Source: an uncultured Acidobacteriota bacterium (lineage in GTDB: Bacteria; Acidobacteriota; Thermoanaerobaculia; UBA5066; Gp7-AA6). Taken from it: a DNA stretch of 64,000 bases. The DNA lies in the NCBI GenBank assembly GCA_963764715.1, contig CAVXTP010000021.1:32001-96000 (forward strand), in the 5' to 3' direction. Shown in pieces: positions 58,559 through 64,000 of the stretch (positions are counted from its first letter, which is position 1; the number at the start of each line of letters is the position of its first letter). The position numbers and the translations under genes were made by a program. The notes under the pieces are model-generated. The model was not told the origin of the DNA and did not search any database. It saw only the letters and a list, made by a program, of their open reading frames with translations.

Positions 58559-60604
58559 CTAGACGCCGAAGCGCTCGGCGTTCCAGGCGAGCCCGAGCTC
58601 CCCCGGCGGGGCCATGTACCCCGCGAGGGCCGAGGCCGCGACGACCGCGGGGCTCGCGAGGAAGCCCTCGCCGCCGTAGCCCATGCGGTTCTGCCAGTTG
58701 CGGTTGAAGGACGTGATCGCCCGCTGTCCCGGCGTGAGGGCGTCGGGCCCCTGGCCGAAGCAGGGACCGCACCACGACTGGCGGATCTGCCCGCCGACCG
58801 AGCGGAAGACCTCGGCGATCGACTCGCCGCCCAGGCGCGGGTCCGGTTTCTCGATCTGGCGCCCGACGCCGCCCGAGCCCGGAAAGATCGTGAACGTGCG
58901 CGCCACCTTGCGGAAGCCGAGGTCGCGCGCGGCGTGGAGCACGAGGGCGGCCGAGAGCAGATCGTCGTAGCCGCCGTTGGTGCAGGAGCCGATCATCGCC
59001 CGGTCGAACGCGAGGCGCTCGCGCGCCACCTCGTCGGCGGGGAAAGCGTTGCCGGGAGCGAACGGCTTGGCGATCATCGGCGCGATCTCCGAGAGCGCCA
59101 GCGTTTCGTCGAGGGCGTAGACGGCGTCGGGGCCGGGGGCGACGCGCGGGTAGGGAAGCGGACCGAGGCCCTTGGAGCGGTACCAGGCGTCGGTCACGTC
59201 GTCCTCGGCGAAGATGCCGTTCAACGCCTCGGCCTCCGCCATCATGTTGGCGATCGTGTTTCGGAACGCGATCGGGAGCTGGCGCTCGGCGTCCACGAAC
59301 TCGACCGACATGCCCTGCGACTGCTTCGCCCCCCAGCGGCGCAGGAGCTCGAGGACGATGTCCTTGCCCGAGACCCAGGGCTGGAGCCTGCCGGAGAGGA
59401 CGACGCGCCGCTGCTTCGCGAGGGTGAAGTAGATGTAACCCGTGGACCAGCCGAAGCCGAGCGTCGTCGACCCGACGCCGAACCCGACCGCGCCGTAGGC
59501 GCCGTAGGCGCGGCTGTGCGAGTCGGCGCCCGGGATGAACTGGGCGGGCAGGACGAGCCCCTGCTCGGGGAAGTAGAAGTGGAAGATCCCGTCGCCCGGG
59601 CTGGCGTAGTAGGGCTTTTCGAGGCCGTGGAGGCGGGCGAACTCGCGGCCGATCGAGGTCTGCCGGTCGTCGTCCTCCCGGCCCGTGAAGACGAAGTGGT
59701 CGTTGGCGATGGCGGCCTGCCGCGGGTCGATCGCGCGCCCGCCGGTGATCTGGTTGAAGGTGTGGATCGCGAACGGGGCCGTCCCGTCGGAGGCGGGCAG
59801 CAGGTCCGCGTAGACCCGCAGCGTCGCCCCGGGCTCGACCCGCGCGTCCTTGTCGACGCGGTGCGCCCACACGATCTGCTCGGTCGTCGTCATCCGGCGC
59901 GCGAGCTCCGCGTCGGGGAAGCGGACTTCCGGGGTCCGGCGAACCGACTCGCGGAACTCCCGCCGGCCCACGGCGAAGATTCCGCCGCTCGAGCGGATCT
60001 CCTCCTCCTTGGGCGAGAGCGGAACGGGCGTGTACGTCTTTCCCCGGGTCTCGTTGGTCAGTCGGCGCGAGGCCGGGTCGAACGCGAAGACGTCGCCGTC
60101 CTTCGCGTCCTCGACCGCCTCGGGCGACTGCACGACCTGGAGCCCGAGGTTGAACGCGTTGCGGCGGAAGATGTCGCCCATCCCGTGGCTGCAGACGACG
60201 ACGAGCTCCAGCCCCTTTTCCTCGGCCACGCCCTTCAACCCGGCCGGGCTCATCTCCCGCGAGGAGCCGATCGCGAAGCGCTCGCCCGCCACGACGAACG
60301 TCTCGCCGCGGTGGACGCGCTGGCGGAAGTCCGGCATCAGGTGGCGGAAGGACCCCGCCTTCCAGCGCTCGTCGAGGGTCTCGAGGCTCTCCGAGACGCA
60401 GTCGGCGGCCGGCGTGATCTGGTCGGTGTCGATCGCATCGAGCTTGCGCCCGGGCCGCGCCGGGTCCCAGAAGATGAGGGCGCGGCCCCGAATGAGGCGC
60501 GACGCGGCGTCGTCCGCCGGAGTGTCGGAGGGGCGGGGCCCGGGGAGGTCTTTCGGTTGGATGCCCGGCTTGAGTCGGGCGGGTTCGAGCCTGTGTTTCG
60601 TCAC
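58559..60604 (-). CDS. Aconitase-family [4Fe-4S] hydro-lyase, small (LeuD-like) domain fused N-terminal to the large (LeuC-like) domain
   Basis: N-part IDTDQI, GSSRE, IFRRNAFNLG; C-part NDH, GIFH, GADSHS, GKD, IGSCTNG, CGPC, NRNW, LASP. Confidence 0.9.
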   Translation of the reverse strand: MTKHRLEPARLKPGIQPKDLPGPRPSDTPADDAASRLIRGRALIFWDPARPGRKLDAIDTDQITPAADCVSESLETLDERWKAGSFRHLMPDFRQRVHRGETFVVAGERFAIGSSREMSPAGLKGVAEEKGLELVVVCSHGMGDIFRRNAFNLGLQVVQSPEAVEDAKDGDVFAFDPASRRLTNETRGKTYTPVPLSPKEEEIRSSGGIFAVGRREFRESVRRTPEVRFPDAELARRMTTTEQIVWAHRVDKDARVEPGATLRVYADLLPASDGTAPFAIHTFNQITGGRAIDPRQAAIANDHFVFTGREDDDRQTSIGREFARLHGLEKPYYASPGDGIFHFYFPEQGLVLPAQFIPGADSHSRAYGAYGAVGFGVGSTTLGFGWSTGYIYFTLAKQRRVVLSGRLQPWVSGKDIVLELLRRWGAKQSQGMSVEFVDAERQLPIAFRNTIANMMAEAEALNGIFAEDDVTDAWYRSKGLGPLPYPRVAPGPDAVYALDETLALSEIAPMIAKPFAPGNAFPADEVARERLAFDRAMIGSCTNGGYDDLLSAALVLHAARDLGFRKVARTFTIFPGSGGVGRQIEKPDPRLGGESIAEVFRSVGGQIRQSWCGPCFGQGPDALTPGQRAITSFNRNWQNRMGYGGEGFLASPAVVAASALAGYMAPPGELGLAWNAERFGV

Positions 60605-60616
60605 AGGCCCGTCATC

Positions 60617-62380
60617 CTACCGCGCCGGGGACTCGTTCGGGAGCGCGTTGGCCTGGGCGAGATCGGTGCGGCGGACGCGCTCCTGCCAGGTCACCTGCCG
60701 GGCTTGCTCGAAGAGACCCGCCGCGCGTCCGAACGCGAGGCGGGCGGCGTCGTAGTCGCGGTCGCGCAGCAGCCGTTCGCCCTCCTGCTCGCTGGCGCGG
60801 CCTTCGCCGAAGATCGCTCCCGCCGTCTCGCGCGCGTTGATGCGCTCGGCCTCGATGCGCGCCAGCGCGGCCTTCAGCCGGAGGTCTTCCGCCGGCTGGC
60901 GCAGCTCCGGCCGGACCTTCCGCGCGATCCGCGCGGGAGGACGATGCGACGCGGGCACCGCGGCGGCCGCGGCCGCGTCCGGCGAAGGGGCCGCGACCGC
61001 GGGCACGGCGACCTCGGCGGGCGCGAGGACCGAAACGGCGAGAGGGGCCTCCGCCGCCGGAGGATCGACGCGGACGGCCTCGCGCCTCGACTGCACCTGG
61101 CTCACGACGAAGAAGGCGCCGACGGCGAGCGTCGCCGCGGTCGCGAGCGCGGTCAGCGGCCGCGCCCAGGCGCGCGCGAGCGGGGGAAGCGGGGGCAGCG
61201 AGCTCCGGCGGGCCGCGTAGAGGTCGGCGACGGTGCTCGCCGCCGCCGGCGGCTCGGCCGCGACGGGAGCCTCGATCCAGAGCTCCTCCGGAGTCGGCAC
61301 CGGTTCCGAGAGCGTCGCCACCACCACCGGGACCTCCACCGGCGTCAGCGGCTCCTCGTCGGGAACGGCGTCGCCCCGGCGGCGCCGAGGCGCGCCCGGA
61401 GGCGGCAGCGCCGCCGCGACCTCGGGCTCCGGGGCGAGCACGGGACCGTGGACGACGACCGGGTTCGTCGACTCCATGTCGGAGGTCGCCGCGACAGCCT
61501 GGCTCTCGGGGTTGAGGAGCTTGTAGAGGAAGAGAGCGAGGTTCGCGGTGTAGAGCGAGAACGGGTTGCCCGTCACGATCTGCTGGAGGGCCCGGTGCGC
61601 GTCGATCGCGGATTCGAACCGCTCGGCGGCCGGCGCGAGGCACTTCCGGAGAAACTCTTCGAGCTCTTCGGAGCGGGGATCCCCGGCGCGCAGCTCCGCC
61701 GACGGCGTGTCGAGGGACGGCCGGCGCCCGGTCAGGAGCTCGATCAGAATCGCCCCGAGCGAGTAGACGTCGGCGTTGGCGCCGACGAGCCCGGCGTAGC
61801 GGACCTCCGGGGCGACGTAGGGTCCGATGTCCGCCAGCAGCCGCGGCGACATGATCGACGGGAGGACCCCGTCGGCGACGCCGAAGCCGCCGACCCGAAC
61901 CGCGGCGTCGTGCGAGATCGAGACGAAGCCCGGCCAGAGCAGCCCGTGATCCGACGGCCGACCATCGACCACGGTCTGGTGAGCGTGCTCGAGCGCAGCC
62001 GCGATGCGCTCGGTGATGAGAAGGGCGTACTCCGCGGGAATGCGGATGCCGAGCATGCGCACGCGCGCGAGCATCGCGTCGAGCGTCCACCCGGACGTCT
62101 CGTCCCAGGTCATGAACGGGACGTCCTCGACCTCGTCGAACTGGCCCCGCGCGACGATGGCGTCGTGGACCATCGGGCCGCGAAGCGCGTTCTCCTCGAT
62201 CGCCCGGGCGATGTCGTCGTGCGACAGCTCGGCCGACTCCAGGACCCGAAGCCGGACGAAGCGGCGCTCGTCGGCGGCGTACAGGGCGCGGTAGACGGTT
62301 CCGAGGGAGTCTTCGCCGAGCTGGGCGACGAGCAGGTACTCGCCCAGCTGGCGCTGGAGGAACGGAGCGGGGCTGCTCAT
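60617..62380 (-). CDS. Membrane pseudokinase (degenerate Hanks-type domain, TM, helical periplasmic C-terminus)
   Basis: GEDSLG, VRLR, HGLLWPGFV and GGFG replace the catalytic motifs; YVAPE and DVYSLG are retained. Confidence 0.82.
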   Translation of the reverse strand: MSSPAPFLQRQLGEYLLVAQLGEDSLGTVYRALYAADERRFVRLRVLESAELSHDDIARAIEENALRGPMVHDAIVARGQFDEVEDVPFMTWDETSGWTLDAMLARVRMLGIRIPAEYALLITERIAAALEHAHQTVVDGRPSDHGLLWPGFVSISHDAAVRVGGFGVADGVLPSIMSPRLLADIGPYVAPEVRYAGLVGANADVYSLGAILIELLTGRRPSLDTPSAELRAGDPRSEELEEFLRKCLAPAAERFESAIDAHRALQQIVTGNPFSLYTANLALFLYKLLNPESQAVAATSDMESTNPVVVHGPVLAPEPEVAAALPPPGAPRRRRGDAVPDEEPLTPVEVPVVVATLSEPVPTPEELWIEAPVAAEPPAAASTVADLYAARRSSLPPLPPLARAWARPLTALATAATLAVGAFFVVSQVQSRREAVRVDPPAAEAPLAVSVLAPAEVAVPAVAAPSPDAAAAAAVPASHRPPARIARKVRPELRQPAEDLRLKAALARIEAERINARETAGAIFGEGRASEQEGERLLRDRDYDAARLAFGRAAGLFEQARQVTWQERVRRTDLAQANALPNESPAR

Positions 62381-62460
62381 GCGCTCGTTCTCGGGGGAAG
62401 CTCCCGCCCGCGGCCCGCCTCAGCGTTGGCAGTCATAACTTCGTTGGGTTCCAGCAGTTT

Positions 62461-62476
62461 AGCAGCTTCCGTGCCG
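62461..62476 (-). promoter_or_regulatory. Sigma-54 promoter
   Basis: Minus strand CGGCACGGAAGCTGCT = GG-N10-GC, about 80 bp upstream of the pseudokinase ATG. Confidence 0.65.
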
Positions 62477-62566
62477 TCGGCCGCTCCGAGCGGGGTTGCG
62501 GGCTAACCGCTTGAAATCAAAGGGACGAGCGACTGGGAGCGAACCGCCCGCGCGCCCGAGCCTGAC

Positions 62567-62600
62567 AAAAAAAGGCGGAGACGCCGAGGGCGCCTCCGCC
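62567..62600 (-). terminator. Rho-independent terminator
   Basis: GGCGGAGGCGCC-CTC-GGCGTCTCCGCC followed by T7 on the minus strand. Confidence 0.9.
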
Positions 62601-62620
62601 GGATTGTCCAATCGCGAGAG

Positions 62621-63094
62621 CTACTTGACCGCGATGAGCTCGACCTCGAAGAGGAGCGTGGCGTTGGGCGGGATCACGCCGCCGGCGCCACGCGACCCGT
62701 AGCCGAGCTGCGCCGGGATGAGCAGGAGCCGCTTGCCCCCGACTTTCATCGTCGCGACGCCCTCGTCCCAGCCCTTGATGACCCGGCCCTGGCCGAGGGG
62801 AAACTCGAACGGCGTTCCGCGGTCGACCGAGCTGTCGAACTTCTTGCCCTTGGCGCCGTTCTCCCAGAGCCAGCCCGTGTAGTCCATGACGCAGGTCTGG
62901 CCGGACTTGGGCGTGGCGCCCGTGCCTTCCTTGATGTCCTCGTACTGAAGCCCGCTCGGGGTCGATCTCATCTTGGACTCGCTTTTCTTGGCCGCCTCGG
63001 GGGCGGGAGTCGGTTTCACGTCGTCGGCCACCGCGGGCGCGACGGCGAGCGCAGCGGCGAGCGCTGCCGGGAGGAAGAGGGAGATCCGCTTCAT
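62621..63094 (-). CDS. Secreted FKBP-type peptidyl-prolyl isomerase
   Basis: YTGWL, FDSS.DRG.PF, VIKGWDEG, GYG..G...IPPNATLLFEVEL; AAAGGA RBS. Confidence 0.96.
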   Translation of the reverse strand: MKRISLFLPAALAAALAVAPAVADDVKPTPAPEAAKKSESKMRSTPSGLQYEDIKEGTGATPKSGQTCVMDYTGWLWENGAKGKKFDSSVDRGTPFEFPLGQGRVIKGWDEGVATMKVGGKRLLLIPAQLGYGSRGAGGVIPPNATLLFEVELIAVK

Positions 63095-63174
63095 GCTGAC
63101 GTCCTTTCTGGCTTCGGCTTCGGTCCAAAGCAACCGAAGCGCGGCAGTCTACCGCAACGCTTTCGGGTCGGGGC

Positions 63175-63948
63175 ATGTTAGAGATACCCCGCGTGCGAGC
63201 GGCGCTGGTGCGTTCGGGGTTCGTGGCGACCGGGGCGATCTACGTCGCTATGGGAATCGTGTCCGGACGGGTGGCGCTCCTGGGCGCCCGTGACCGGGCC
63301 AACGGCGTTCCGGGAGCGCTGCGGTTCCTGCTCGAGCAGCCGTACGGCGCCTGGCTGCTCGGTGCGGTCGTCGCGGGGCTCGGAGGGATCGCGCTCGCGG
63401 ATGGGGTGCGCGCCGTCCGGGGCCCGGGCGGCGCGATCCAGCGGATCGGCCTGGCGTTGAGCGCTCTCGGTTATGCGGCCCTCGCCTGGACGGCGGGCGG
63501 ACTGCTCCTTCGCGCGGGCCGCCGCGCCCGGGGCGTCGGGCTCGAGCGCCAGAGCGCTTCGTGGCTGCTCGCGCAATCCTGGGGCGCCTTCGCCCTCGAG
63601 GCGATCGGCGCGGTCGTCATCGTCGGCGGGCTCGCGGAGATCCTGCGGGGCGTCCGGGGCAAGCTGCTCCTGCGCGGCGACGTCCTTCCGCGGGCCCTCC
63701 TTCGAACCCTGATTGGGGTGTCGCGGTTTGGCCTCGTCATGCGCGGCCTGACCCTCGGGGCTCTCGGTTACTTCATGATCCGCGCCGCCGAGCAGGTGGA
63801 CCCCCGGGTCGTGCGCACGTTCGGCGGGACCCTCGACGCGCTGGCCCACACCGTCCTCGGACCGGCCTTTCTCGGCGTCCTCGCGGCCGGGCTCGCCTCG
63901 TACGGCATCCACCTCTGGGCCGTGGCCCTCCTCCGCCGCCGCGTCTAG
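63175..63948 (+). CDS. DUF1206 family membrane protein
   Basis: R.GF.A.G.IY, GAL..L.EQPYG, RFGL..RG, G.LD.L....GP..LG..A.GL..YG. Confidence 0.82.
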   Translation: MLEIPRVRAALVRSGFVATGAIYVAMGIVSGRVALLGARDRANGVPGALRFLLEQPYGAWLLGAVVAGLGGIALADGVRAVRGPGGAIQRIGLALSALGYAALAWTAGGLLLRAGRRARGVGLERQSASWLLAQSWGAFALEAIGAVVIVGGLAEILRGVRGKLLLRGDVLPRALLRTLIGVSRFGLVMRGLTLGALGYFMIRAAEQVDPRVVRTFGGTLDALAHTVLGPAFLGVLAAGLASYGIHLWAVALLRRRV

Positions 63949-63951
63949 CCC

Positions 63952-63978
63952 GGGGTCAGCCCTGCATTTCTGAACTAT
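63952..63978 (+). repeat. GGGGTCAGCCCTG repeat family copy (element may continue beyond the window)
   Basis: GGGGTCAGCCCTGCATTTCTGA starts 4 nt after a TAG stop. Confidence 0.8.
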
Positions 63979-64000
63979 TCTCTCAGTCGAGCCCGAGCCA

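Noticed and set aside
58934-62506. 1190-aa + strand ORF and similar long Arg/Pro-rich ORFs (3142..5826, 23777..26599, 52100..54277)
   Set aside because: Shadow ORFs caused by stop-codon scarcity at high GC; they overlap recognisable genes and have no motifs

Overview
Very GC-rich bacterial DNA. The protein families and architectures are typical of Acidobacteriota, most likely Thermoanaerobaculia (inference). Housekeeping content: a complete sufBCDSUT operon with a distal Rrf2 regulator, glgA-glgC, an M16 peptidase pair, tag, an FKBP, pirin, a MOSC protein, a TetR-TolC-HlyD-ABC efflux operon, a PAS-GGDEF-EAL protein, a PilZ protein, and an RRM protein next to a desaturase. Accessory cell-surface content: four large secreted proteins end in the same Cys-rich triple SLH-like module; three of them form a tandem FG-GAP array whose C-termini are nearly identical at DNA level. 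Non-coding structure: a GGGGTCAGCCCTG repeat family with a 27-bp period at four intergenic loci (MITE/REP-like), four candidate sigma-54 promoters in front of envelope-protein genes, a tandem ACGA-N7-TCGT operator, and many apparently leaderless promoters. Unusual proteins: a DCC1/DUF393-LMF1 fusion, an aconitase-family enzyme with its small domain first, and a membrane pseudokinase. Clustered single-base frameshifts suggest long-read indel errors. No rRNA, tRNA, CRISPR or transposase was seen.
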